Notes: generated by a model from the sequence alone, not told the origin. Positions 31,248 to 45,002 are shown, numbered from the stretch's first letter. The stretch: 64,000 bases of DNA from Amoebidium appalachense (GCA_963693365.1 CAVNZM010000009.1:10606243-10670242); one strand, 5' to 3'. Made by a program: numbers and translations.

Positions 31248-32765
31248 GGGGAACCCCAACTAATTGATTTCTCCTTGTAGTCTTTATGGTGTCTCGTAGA
31301 GAAAGTAAACCCTGATATATAGTCACCACCCGACATCTATGTACGTGATCATGATATACCGCTGAGGGGATATTCCGAGCAAAACCCCCCCCCCATACCT
31401 GAGACTGGTTCTCTTTGCCTCGAGTAAACAGCGTAAACCCCATTGTAATATCAATTAGATTATTTATATGTGTGTACACGGATCCACCCACTCAGGGAGA
31501 GACGTGTACATGTTTGTGTGTACATAAATATCTCTGGTTATAGTTATACTATTACTATCTTGTTTGTTGATCTGTGCTCTCTTTTCCTTTCTCTTTCTCC
31601 TTCCTTATTTTCTTTTCTTTCTCTCCTTGTCTTCATGTGTATAATCGTATTTCTTTTCTACTAATATATGTTAGGTAGATTTGTGTTACGTAATATGTGT
31701 TGATTGGACGGTAAAATACTTAGGCTACACTTAGAATAGCATGTGTGATTAGACTTCATTAATTTACTTTAGTTTTCATGTGTTGCCGGGCTTTAACCAA
31801 TCATCAAGGTTAAGTGTGATATGTCTGAGTCTTTGCAGTGTGTCATAGGTTAGAACTTCCTTGATGATGACACGAGTTGATCTTAACTAGTGTCTGTGTC
31901 CTATCATGTACGTCTCCGCGTACCAGATCTCTCTGAAAGCAATTGGTTCTTAGTGATTGGTTTCTATTAGAGATAGATCTGATTTCCGATTGGTCGAAAA
32001 TCATGTATGAATTAGACTTAGAGGAATTTAAGGTATTTATTCGGAGATCAAAATAAATTGAGTTCAGTCGTGTCTAAACATTGATATCTGTTGTGTACAT
32101 ACACTGCTCCGATCGTTCCGTGTTTTGTTGTTGTGTGTTTGTGGTGTTTTCACACTGCACCACTGTGTCTCTGCCTACATCCCAAATACTTATACAATTT
32201 TACAGGCAAGCAGGGGAAGAAAACCAAAACGGAAGAAGCACACAACGACGGTTGCCTCGGAAGACTCGGAACATGACGGTAGCCAGCGATGATATATATA
32301 AAAGAAAACACTAGTGTATGTGTGACGTGTTGGTGGCTAATATTTTATACTGGGGCCCACCCAGATAAACACAAGGCATGAACATCTTGTGGACAGATTT
32401 ATAGACTGGTGGTCAACCAGTTAAGACACGGGGAAGTTACGTCCCGAGGACTAGGTTTAGAATGGCAGTCAACCAGCACGCCATGGCTATAGAAATTTAT
32501 TTATACTGGGACGCCATCCCAGTTCGACATATACATAAGTCGAATATCAAAGAAAACCAATTTAAATGGTGGTGTATAAATAAACGACGGATGGTGCCAG
32601 AAAGAATTCCCCACTGAAGATGCACACACTGAAGATCGATGAAGACAGCAGTAGACTTTCGTTGGGAGGTGTCCCTACACGGTGATGTGTAGACCACTGG
32701 CCAGGGCCCCAACCTACTTGAAGACCACTGTAGATGAAGGGGGGGGGGGGGGGGGGGGGGCACAC

Positions 32766-33792
32766 TCAGTCACGAAGACTGGGGGATGCACGGTGCTGTT
32801 CGAGGGAGGGCCCAGGCACTGGCCTTGGTGAAGATGTCGGCCACGTTGTCCTTGGTGGACACGTAGGTGACGACCACATCCCCACTCTTGATGTAGTCCT
32901 TCGTGTTGTGGTACCGGACGGCAAAGTGTTTGGTCCGGTGCTTGATGCTGTTGGTGTGCAGGAGGGCAATGGTGGGTTGATTGTCACAATAGACGGGGGT
33001 GGGGTTGGTCATCGGGTAGCCGAGTTCACGGAGGAGATCACGGTGCCAGATGACGTTTTTTTGCAGGGCACGTGCTGTTCGGACGGAGGAGGAGGACCCG
33101 GACCCAGAGCCGATGAGACCTTCACTGATCTCTGCAGCTCGGATGTCACTGATTAGACGTTTGTAGGTCTCGTAGCTGATGTTACGACGGAAGTAGTCGG
33201 CAATCATGGCCTGGATGTCGGAACAAACTAACTTACGGTTCTTCTTGAGGTGGATGACTCGGAAGAAGTTATCAACCATGGTCTTGTGAGGGATGGGCTC
33301 TTCGAGGATGTGCAGGGTAGTGCACAGACGGCCCCGGGCGTGCCATGGTGAGGTAGGTCGTAACGGTCTTGAAGTCCTTGAGTTCAAGCTCATGGTAGTC
33401 GAGGAGGATTTGACGAGCACGATCTTCACGTTCAGCCGCATAGGTCATGCGGAGGTTGTGGAAAGCTTGGGCAGGTGACACATCATCGTGGATTTGACCA
33501 GAGTTATACAGCTCATCATTCGAGACGAGTTGAGTAAACATCTGTTCAAGGAAGTTGGAAGCCTCGGTGTAGGCCTCCTCAGTGTCATAGCCATGCCACT
33601 CGTTCTCGTCGGAAGGGTCGACCCACTCGGGGCCTTGATGACGGGCACTAACTTGGCCGCGGTGGTAGTACGTAGGTCCTGGAAGATGACGGGTTCCCAC
33701 TCATAATAGGTGAGACGTTTGCCGGACTTCTTGTCCGTGGTGTCCTCCCCTCTCCAGGGGGTGAGGTTGAGGTACGCAGGTTTCTCCGACAT
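32766..33792 (-). pseudogene. Internally deleted Ty1/copia gag-pol: gag N-terminal half joined to the RNase H C-terminus, with frameshifts
   Basis: Copia RNase H end motifs WHRDLLRELG, VYCDNQPTI, RTKHFAVRYH, YVSTKDNVADIFTKA; upstream gag-like helical segment over three frames; no protease, integrase or RT motifs in between. Confidence 0.85.
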
Positions 33793-34935
33793 GGTGATCA
33801 ATCAGTCAGATGATGCGCGAGAGAGGAATCAGATCGGTATTCAAATTTGAATATTTTTGATTGCAGCTAGAGTATGTGTTGCGAGAGCGTGCGAAAACGG
33901 GCCTTTAACCTGTTGTTTTGTACGGGTCTAAGGGAGCAGAGTGCACAGAGGTGTCATGTAAAACACGACTAACACCGTGAATAAAGAGAGGGCAATCGGA
34001 GTTGTTCACGAGACATTTGAAATCTGTATGTGTTGTGAGAGCGTGCGAAAATGGGCCTTTAACCTGTTGTTTTGTATGGGTCTAAGGGAGCAGAGTGCAC
34101 AGAGGTGTCATGTAAAACACGACTAACACAATAAAGAGAGGGCAATCGGAGTTGTTCACGAGACATTGAAAGATTTCAAACAACAATGGATCCTTTATTG
34201 TGCTCTCAGGTTCTTTTTTTTTTGAACTTGCGACTTATCATCTTATCACAACTAAAGAGGGAGAACCAATCGGTTCTATCAGAAGATAGAAAAACTCATT
34301 CCGACAGAGCATACGCATTCCAACTTCCGACTTAACTAGAGTTTAAAAACTCGTACTTAAATAAATTAAGTAATTACTTATACATCTAGTCACTATTAAC
34401 TCACATATATATTTATATTCGTCTCTATAAAGAAACTCGTTTAAATACATATATCTCCTAATAGTCGACACTCTCAAAGTGAAGACACATTGCAATAAAC
34501 CGAATTCCATATGTATCTATTGTCCAATCACAACACATATATTTATAGACAGGAATGCACAACACCGTGACGATCTACAGATGTACTCGCTCGCGACTAT
34601 TGGCGAGCCATCCTATTGAGAACAAAACTAAGCCATTTTGAAATAAAAGAAAGACAACGAATGTAGCTAGCCAATCACGCTACCTCTCAGATAAACAGAG
34701 GAGAGCAAACAGAAATAAAATACAATAAGTTCTTATCAGGCAAGAGAGCCAGGTGTGCACAGATCTACAGAAATCCGTGCTCACAGAAACAAGGGAGAGA
34801 GAGATAGGGGGGGGGGGGGGGGGGGGGAGACAGAGAGAGAGAGAGAGAGAGAAAAGAGAAAAAATACAAACAAAGCTAAGACACATACATACTTCGAAAG
34901 GCTCTTGCTGTCATACGTAGTGACGTATTCCAACA
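32766..34935 (-). mobile_element. Defective Copia LTR retrotransposon (5' LTR 34065-34935, duplicated U5-PBS, no 3' LTR seen)
   Basis: LTR on the - strand starts TGTTGGAATAC and ends CAAAACAACA, followed by PBS-like GGTTAAAGGCCC; about 155-bp tandem duplication at 33872-34020 and 34026-34170. Confidence 0.85.
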
Positions 34936-35326
34936 GGAACTCGCACAGCAAATACGTGAGATGGGAAACCCCGAGCCAGATGACAGGGTGCGTAGATGTG
35001 ACCCCCCATCCCAAGCCCTGGCGTTTGACTTTACAAATGAAAGGTGGGTTTGCAAACCAGTTGTGGGCCACCTGCTGGGCAAGCTGTTGCTCCACAACCC
35101 AGACGGCTCTAGCAAGGGACAAAAGCTAAATCTGTCCACCGACATATGCGAAAACCTTGATACACAAACAAGAGAGTTCATGGTGTGGAGGCCCTTCAAA
35201 GATGGAGATCCCGAAGACGAGCTTCTGTGCAAAGACACTGTTCAAATGGGCCGCCGTCATGCTCCCCGCCAGCCACCACCCATGGAAGCGCCCTCTTCGC
35301 ATCCAAGGAAACGGCGCAAGATTTTT

Positions 35327-36078
35327 TGTTGTTTTGTACGGGTCTAAGGGAGCAGAGTGCACAGAGGTGTCATGTAAAACACGACTAACACAATAAAGAG
35401 AGGGCAATCGGAGTTGTTTACGACACATGAATGATTTCAAACAACAACTGACCTTTTATTGTGCTCTCGGGTCTTTTTGTACTTGCAACTTATCATCTTA
35501 CTAGTATCTCAACTAAAAGGGGAGAACCAATCGGTTCTATCAGATGATAGAAAAACACATGCCGACAGAGCATACGCATTCCAACTTCCGACCTAACTGA
35601 AGCTTAGAAACTCTTACTTAAATGACTTAAGAATTAATTATGATCTTGTCACTATTAATACACATATATATTTATACTCGTCTCTATAAAGAAACACATA
35701 AAAGTACATATATTTCCTAATAGTCGACACTCTCAAAGTGAAGACACGTTACGATAAACCGAATTCGATACATCTCTATTGTGTCCAATCATAACACGTA
35801 TATTAATAGACAGGAATGCACAGCACGATCTATAGATGTACTCACTCGCGACTATTGGTGAGTCATTTTATTGTGAACTAAAACTAAGCCACTTTGAACT
35901 AAAACAAAGACAACGAATATAGCTAGCCAATCACGCTACCTCTCAGATAACCAGAGGAGAGCAAACACAGATAAAATACTTTGGCAATAAGTTCTATCAG
36001 GCAAGAGAGCCAGGTGTGCACAGATCTACAGATATCTGTGCACACAGAAACAAGGGAGAGAGTACTAGTAGTAAGATA

Positions 36079-36146
<68 letters not shown>

Positions 36147-36266
36147 AGAAAGGGGGAGAGGGGGGAGAGCACAAAGAAGGAGAGCAGACACGAATACAAA
36201 CAAAGCTTAGACACATACATACTTCAAGACTCTTGCTGTCCTACGTACTAGTGACGTATTCCAACA
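35327..36266 (-). mobile_element. Solo LTR of the same Copia family (diverged from 34065-34935)
   Basis: Colinear similarity over the full length, TGTTG..CAACA termini; no PBS/PPT adjacent and flanks do not form a matching TSD. Confidence 0.88.
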
Positions 36267-36384
36267 TTCATAGCAGCCACGTGACTGGCTGTGTGGATAG
36301 TATTGCACCCAGTGGTGCAGCCACAGCTCGTCTAACCGCTGACCTGTGGGCCCGCAGCAAGCGTGTACCCACCGCACCAACTAG

Positions 36385-36490
36385 CCACTCCACTGTCTTG
36401 TGTCATCTTTCTCTTTCCCTGCCCCACCTCCGTCCTCTTTACTCAGACACACTGCCAAACCATACCCAGACACAACTTGAGCCTCCCCCT
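36385..36490 (+). repeat. Short dispersed repeat (also at 49849-49950)
   Basis: CCACTCCACTGTC.TGTG.CATCTTTCT..CCGTCCTCTT.ACTCAGA..CACACTGCCA.ACCATAC.CAGACACAAC.TGAGCCTCCCC shared. Confidence 0.85.
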
Positions 36491-36527
36491 CTCCCCTTCC
36501 CCTCCCCTCCCCCCTCCCCCCTCCCCT

Positions 36528-36559
<32 letters not shown>

Positions 36560-36733
36560 ATGGGAAGATGACACCCCCCCACTCTCTTTATGGCCTTCAA
36601 CAACATGCCACTACACAAGCATATGATCCTTACAACCTAAGTCACACTCAAGCAGCCCGGACCTCACACTGCCCAACCCCTCCCCCTCCCCCCTCCCCCC
36701 AACTATGACTAACGGGGTTAGTCATAGTTGTTT

Positions 36734-36772
<39 letters not shown>

Positions 36773-37084
36773 GCAGAGGGAGGGGTTCCTGCCGGAGGGC
36801 CCACGGCCAGGAAGGGAGGGTAGGGGGGTTGGTATTACCAGGACCCCGGCACGTGACCGTTGGCAATTGTACGTGATGCTGTACATGCTTGTAACAGTAA
36901 TTTAGAAAAAAACAAGGGAACGGGGGATAGCTTAAGCATTAGGGAGGGGCGGGACTCAGGGTTCAAATTTTTAAAATGCCATAGCAAAATGCCAGGTGTA
37001 CACCGTGATCGGGTCTTTATAAATCTGTGCACAGTAACACGTGGAGGGGGGAGCCTCATGGGGAATGTACTGGGTAAGGGGCGA

Positions 37085-39066
<1,982 letters not shown>

Positions 39067-40285
39067 CTCAGAGGAGCCGGGGAGAGATCCACTTTTTTCC
39101 AGTTATCGGCACCCTGATCAGGGGATTGTCTCCCGGATTCATGGCCATATATGGTTGCAACCGACCCCCCCCCCCCCCCCCCACCCCCCCCCTCCCAAAA
39201 AAAAAAAAAGAAAAGAAAAAAAAAACTTTGCGAGGTCGCGGCAATTTTTTTTCTTCCCCTTGGTATTTTGACCCCGATGTTGCCTCATGGGTGGGGGGGG
39301 TGGGGGAGACTGCGTTCGAGGGCTTATTAGCTGTTATTTGTGGGCCGCTCTTCACACTTCAAGAATCGTTAAGGCTTTCTCCTTTTTTCTATTTCATTTC
39401 TTCTTCTTCTCGTTTTTTTTGGGGGGGGGGGGAGGGGGAGGGGGTGGGGGGGTTGGGGGGGTGGGGGGAAGATCAACTGAGACGTCGCCAATTGTGACCA
39501 TTGCCCACTGATGGGGACCCGAAGGAAAAGATAGTTGCAGTATCCGGAAATTTCTTTTTTCTGTCCATTCCTCATGCCATATGTGTGTGTCTGTCGCAGG
39601 CACCACAGGGGAGGCCCTGTGATGTGTGTGTGGGGAGGACGAAGGGGAAGGCGGGGAGTGGGCGGGCAAGGGAGGGGGAGGCGGCTGAGCTCGAGGGGAA
39701 CGGTTACGTTGGTGTTTACACTTAGGGACTTTTGGGACCCGGTTGGGAAGCTTCTGGCATGAAATCTGCCTTCAGTCACATATCAAATTGAATCGATGCT
39801 GCCAGCAGATGACACATGGGGAGTGCACGTTCTCCCAACTTTCGATACATGTCTCTTTATTAAACGGTTACGGAGAGAGTCACTTTCTCAGTGGTCGGAA
39901 ACTCTTGAGACTTATCATACAAGGTATAAAGTGAACAGAATGATTCTCTATTTCCCAGCGAATAACCGTTCATTTCAATACCTATCCGGAGACACATATA
40001 TATAGCGTCCGACGGCCCTGGCAGGGACACATCGACTTTGAGCTTGACACGGCCCACCATGAGCTCAGTACTAGTGTCCGCATCTGCGTTACATACACTC
40101 AGGCTACTGCACACCGAGCAACTACAACTCATCATGATATGAACTCACAAATACAGTAGCGCTCGGTGTCAATAGCTCACATCACCGGATACATCACTGA
40201 CTGAGATAGCCAGTGTTGAAATAGTAAACACATAAACAGCGGGCGTATGGTCTCTGGCCGGCCCAGCCCCTCCCAGGGGTCACGT

Positions 40286-41102
40286 CTAGTAGTCCTTGTG
40301 CCAGTCATCCCCGCCATATGCCTTCTCCTGCATCTGATGGGTATTGTGCCGCATCCTGGCAGCCTCCCCGGTACGGCCACCTACGGGCCTGTACTGCTTA
40401 TTATGGTTGCGCATGTATATCTTAGCCTCGCTCTCCTCCTCAGGTCTGTACTGCTTCCCACCGTGGTTGCGCATTGATATCTTAGAGTCGGTCTCCTCCC
40501 CGCGATCCTCGGGCTTGTACTGCTTCCCGTCCCAGAGGCTCTTACTGAATGACGGAATCTGCTCCATGGGCAGAGGTGTCACGCCCGGGTCCATAAAGGG
40601 GAAATCTCCCGTGTAGTAAGCTTCGCTCTCCATCACTCGCTTCTCATTCTGGTCCAACGAGCAGTAATCACTACCGGTTGAGCGTGTATCGTCCATGGTG
40701 TCACATGACCCCAGCACTATCTCTCCACTGGGCAGCGTCTTGCCATACTTTGCGTGGCACGAAGGAGTCCCGTCCTCGTCATCCCCACAGAAACCGCAGT
40801 TCAGGAACCCACACTGGTAGGCCCAGGCGTAGCCAAGAAACCTCATACCGTCCGGCATCTCATCATACATGTTGTGGCCGAAAGTGTACAAAGAGTTGTC
40901 GGGGGAAGCACCCAGCCCTCGCACGGTTTACGCTCGTGGAAATTGGGTCGGATACCCACGTGCAGTTCCGGTGGCCGTAGACGCTGGGATCGCAGGCCCA
41001 GCACTTGAGCAGGCAGTCGTCACACTCGGCACGCACGGGCGGCGCAAGCAGTGCCACGCATGCAGCCAGGGCGAAGACACGGAGTGAGCTGAAGGCACCC
41101 AT
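40286..41102 (-). CDS. Intronless secreted Cys-rich protein with C-terminal KQY(R/K)P repeats; one frameshift near 40925 (pseudogene or sequence error)
   Basis: Signal-peptide-like MGAFSSLRVFALAACVALLAPPVRA then CDDCLLKCWAC (ORF 40863-41111) continues in a second frame (ORF 40286-40924) with coding-like GC-rich sequence. Confidence 0.6.
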
Positions 41103-42203
41103 GGCGAACAATGTTTCTGCGACCCGTGTTTAAAGGTGATGTTTGGACCCGCAACTGAGCCTGCCACGCAATTTATACGCCGCCGTACCGTCAGCCCCGT
41201 GGGCCGTGAGCCGGCAGACTCACCTGTACATTGCCCGGGCCGATGGTCACCAATCACCATCATGGTCAGTCGTGACTGGCGCGTGCACAAAGTTATGATC
41301 ATTATGATTTGCGGCTTGGCCATGTGTAGCCATGTTGAATCAGGCTGAGGCCCATTGCAAGGTTATCATTGGAGGAGGAACATATTCGCCCTAACATGTT
41401 GCATTTATAACCTACTGTGTGGTAACTTGGGCATCATATACAGTCGGCAGGGGCCACGGCCCACGCCGCCACGCGCCAACTCATGAGCGCGCACGGGCCT
41501 GGTTGAACCTGCCTTGCCCGTCACCGTCGTCCGCGTCGTACGTGTGCGGCTCACTACCGGACCACAGTGTGGTATCCAACACATTCCAGAGTTTAAAAAG
41601 TTACCAAACATGGTTACTGCTCTCCGGCACAGTTTTAACCTGTTGGCAAGCAGGGGTTGAATTACGACTCACTGAAATCGTCGTATCATGTACATTTAGG
41701 GTCAATACAAGTAGCACTGTGGGGTGCTGTTTCGGTTTATCTTAGCAGCCAAATAGACCACAATAGTCAATTTTTTGGTGTGTTTTCATACGGAAATGGG
41801 CGTTTTTCTAGGGAAAAGTGATCAGGTGAGCATTTTGGCACTCCAGTGTGGAATATAATAAAGCCATATGTTTGCCAATCGGGGTGTACAAATGCTAACG
41901 GAGTGTATAAGAGATATAGCCTAGTTCGTTCGTACGGGGTCTATACGAGTCGTAGATGAGACTGTTGGAGTGCAGACTTACGCTCACTCCACAATATGTG
42001 TATGTTAGCTTTACAATTGGTTCCGTGTACACAGACACACGCTGACACTCGATCACCACATGCACATCTGCATAGTTGAGGAATGTTGCCAATTGTGTTT
42101 TGACTGCAAACGATTGGTTCACTGGTCCCAGAGATCTCTAAATGAAAGTAACCAATCCGATTAGCACCTGGCATCCGGATTACATTCCAGACTGCTGCCC
42201 CAC

Positions 42204-42215
42204 GGGTATATAAGC
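42204..42215 (+). promoter_or_regulatory. Putative TATA box in the TRIM LTR (repeated in all four LTRs)
   Basis: GGGTATATAAG with an upstream CCAAT (AACCAATC near 42150), about 25 nt before the 13-bp array. Confidence 0.55.
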
Positions 42216-42236
42216 CACGTCTCTGCCAGGTGCAGT

Positions 42237-42323
42237 CATGGAGTTCAGTCATGGAGTTCAGTCATGGAGTTCAGTCATGGAGTTCAGTCATGGAGTTCAG
42301 TCATGGAGTTCAGTCATGGAGTT
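42237..42323 (+). repeat. 13-bp tandem array (CATGGAGTTCAGT) inside the LTR; also at 42903-43067, 43228-43301 and 43963-44049
   Basis: 7, 13, 6 and 7 copies respectively, counted from the sequence. Confidence 0.92.
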
Positions 42324-43142
42324 AACACACTGAAAGCAGTAAAAAAAAACGGGTCAGCGCCCAAGCGCGCCACGACGACCCTAGTCACAGCGGACTCTAC
42401 TTCCAACAGGGTTATGGGCCCAGACACGACACCGCGGCCTCTAACTTCATTAGAGACTTTCGCTTCCACAAACTCCATCCGCAGCAGCCTGCGACATCAA
42501 CGTCAAGTATTCCACTTCATTGGCGGGGCACGCACCACAGTGGAATGCACACCCCGGTCTACCCTGCAAGTAGCCACACTCACTCTCTCTTCTCTAGTGG
42601 TGTGTACACTTCTCCAATTGGGTAGGGGTGTTGGAGTGCAGACTTACGCTCACTCCACAATATGTGTATGTTAGCTTTACAATTGGTTCCGTGTACACAG
42701 ACACACGCTGACACTCGATCACCACATGCACATCTGCATAGTTGAGGAATGTTGCCAATTGTGTTTTGACTGCAAACGATTGGTTCACTGGTCCCAGAGA
42801 TCTCTAAATGAAAGTAACCAATCCGATTAGCGCCTGGCATCCGGATTACATTCCAGACTGCTGCCCCACGGGTATATAAGCCACGGCTCTGCCAGGTGCA
42901 GACATGGAGTTAAGTCATGGAGTTCAGTCATGGAGTTTAGTCATGGAGTTCAGTCATGGAGTTCAGTCATGGAGTTCAGACATGGAGTTCAGTCATGGAG
43001 TTCAGTCATGGAGTTCAGTCATGGAGTTCAGTCATGGAGTTCAGTCATGGAGTTCAGTCATGGAGTTAACACACTGAAAGCAGTAAAAAAAACGGGTCAG
43101 CGCCCAAGCGCGCCACGACGACCCTAGTCACAGCGGACTCTA

Positions 43143-44323
43143 GTTGGAAGTAGAGTCCGCTGTGACTAGGGTCGTCGTGGCGCGCTTGGGCGCTGACCCG
43201 TTTTTTTTTTACTGCTTTCAGTGTGTTAACTCCATGACTGAACTCCATGACTGAACTCCATGACTGAACTCCATGACTGAACTCCATGACTGAACTCCAT
43301 GACTGCACCTGGCAGAGACGTGGCTTATATACCCGTGGGGCAGCAGTCTGGAATGTAATCCGGATGCCAGGTGCTAATCGGATTGGTTACTTTCATTTAG
43401 AGATCTCTGGGACCAGTGAACCAATCGTTTGCAGTCAAAACACAATTGGCAACATTCCTCAACTATGCAGATGTGCATGTGGTGATCGAGTGTCAGCGTG
43501 TGTCTGTGTACACGGAACCAATTGTAAAGCTAACATACACATATTGTGGAGTGAGCGTAAGTCTGCACTCCAACACCCCTACCCAATTGGAGAAGTGTAC
43601 ACACCACTAGAGAAGAGAGAGTGAGTGTGGCTGCTTGCAGGGTAGACCGGGGTGTGCATTCCACTGTGGTGCGTGCCCCGCCAATGAAGTGGAATACTTG
43701 ACGTTGATGTCGCAGGCTGCTGCGGATGGAGTTTGTGGAAGCGAAAGTCTCTACTTCACGGAAATACGCTCGCGGGTGTAGGGTACAGCCTAGAAGTCGG
43801 TTTCTGGGCTCCTCCGTTCAAGGCGTCGTAGGGGACGTGAAGTTAGAGGCCGCGGTGTCGTGTCTGGGCCCATAACCCTGTTGGAAGTAGAGTCCGCTGT
43901 GACTAGGGTCGTCGTGGCGCGCTTGGGCGCTGACCCGTTTTTTTTACTGCTTTCAGTGTGTTAACTCCATGACTGAACTCCATGACTGAACTCCATGACT
44001 GAACTCCATGACTGAACTCCATGACTGAACTCCATGACTGAACTCCATGACTGCACCTGGCAGAGACGTGGCTTATATACCCGTGGGGCAGCAGTCTGGA
44101 ATGTAATCCGGATGCCAGGTGCTAATCGGATTGGTTACTTTCATTTAGAGATCTCTGGGACCAGTGAACCAATCGTTTGCAGTCAAAACACAATTGGCAA
44201 CATTCCTCAACTATGCAGATGTGCATGTGGTGATCGAGTGTCAGCGTGTGTCTGTGTACACGGAACCAATTGTAAAGCTAACATACACATATTGTGGAGT
44301 GAGCGTAAGTCTGCACTCCAACA
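43143..44323 (-). mobile_element. TRIM-like element B, inverted relative to A (5' LTR 43879-44323, interior 43576-43878, 3' LTR 43143-43575)
   Basis: Reverse complement of A with the same PBS/PPT; interior 83 bp longer. Confidence 0.92.
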
Positions 44324-44697
44324 GAGACAACTGCCAATACCATTTGGTCTGTTTGGTCTGCTGTTGGTCACTTGTTGAGTTGCGTCATTAATTACGAGAG
44401 TAAAAAATTGACTCTCTTGTTATAACTTATCAGGTTGTTTCTTTTGTTTGTCGGGCGCACCTGAACTAAAACTCGGCAAAAGGCTTCCGACCCAGCCCCT
44501 CCCAGAACCGTGCCATGAACGGGCTTTCCCATTCGCTGCCTAGATTAATATTATATTGGCGCATGCGCGACGTCTGCTCCCCTTCTAGTCTCTCTCCTGA
44601 AACCGAAAGGCTTCTCTCAGAGGCCCTCCCGGGCCCCCCCCTCTCTCTCTAGCTGGATCTAGATAGATCTGTCTCTCCCCCTCTCTCCCTGGCCATG

Positions 44698-44743
<46 letters not shown>

Positions 44744-44805
44744 AGTCTCTCTCGCTCTCTCTCAGCTCTCCCCCCCCCCCCCCCCCCCCCCCCCGGGCCC
44801 CCAGT

Positions 44806-44870
<65 letters not shown>

Positions 44871-44888
44871 CCCCCCCCCCCCCCCCGA

Positions 44889-44943
<55 letters not shown>

Positions 44944-44944
44944 G

Positions 44945-45002
<58 letters not shown>

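Larger units (their letters stand above)
26791..31441 (+). mobile_element. Non-LTR (LINE-type) retrotransposon, two ORFs, apparently intact
   Basis: ORF1 plus overlapping APE-RT ORF2; 3' end defined by homology to the truncated copy at 20306-20862; exact 5' end and TSD not found. Confidence 0.92.
41963..43142 (+). mobile_element. TRIM-like miniature LTR retroelement A (LTR 41963-42408, PBS 42410-42423, PPT 42620-42628, LTR 42629-43142 lacking last 9 nt)
   Basis: TGTTGG..CCAACA LTR ends, copia-type PBS GGTTATGGGCCCAG, purine-rich GGGTAGGGG before the second LTR, 220-bp non-coding interior. Confidence 0.92.

Noticed and set aside
25850-32200. Inverted terminal repeats flanking the LINE (purine tract near 26340, pyrimidine tract near 31580)
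   Set aside because: Only compositional similarity and short words; no alignable block seen.
34065-36266. The two LTRs plus 391-bp spacer as one intact miniature element
   Set aside because: No PBS or PPT at the inner junctions, LTRs clearly diverged, no TSD; the PBS is on the outer side of the left LTR.
42237-44049. 13-bp arrays as a CRISPR array
   Set aside because: No spacers, eukaryotic context, and they lie inside LTRs.
41963-44323. Palindrome as a fold-back sequencing artefact
   Set aside because: Unique flanks on both sides, direct 5-bp TSD, and arms differ by an 83-bp indel and array lengths; read-level confirmation is still advisable.
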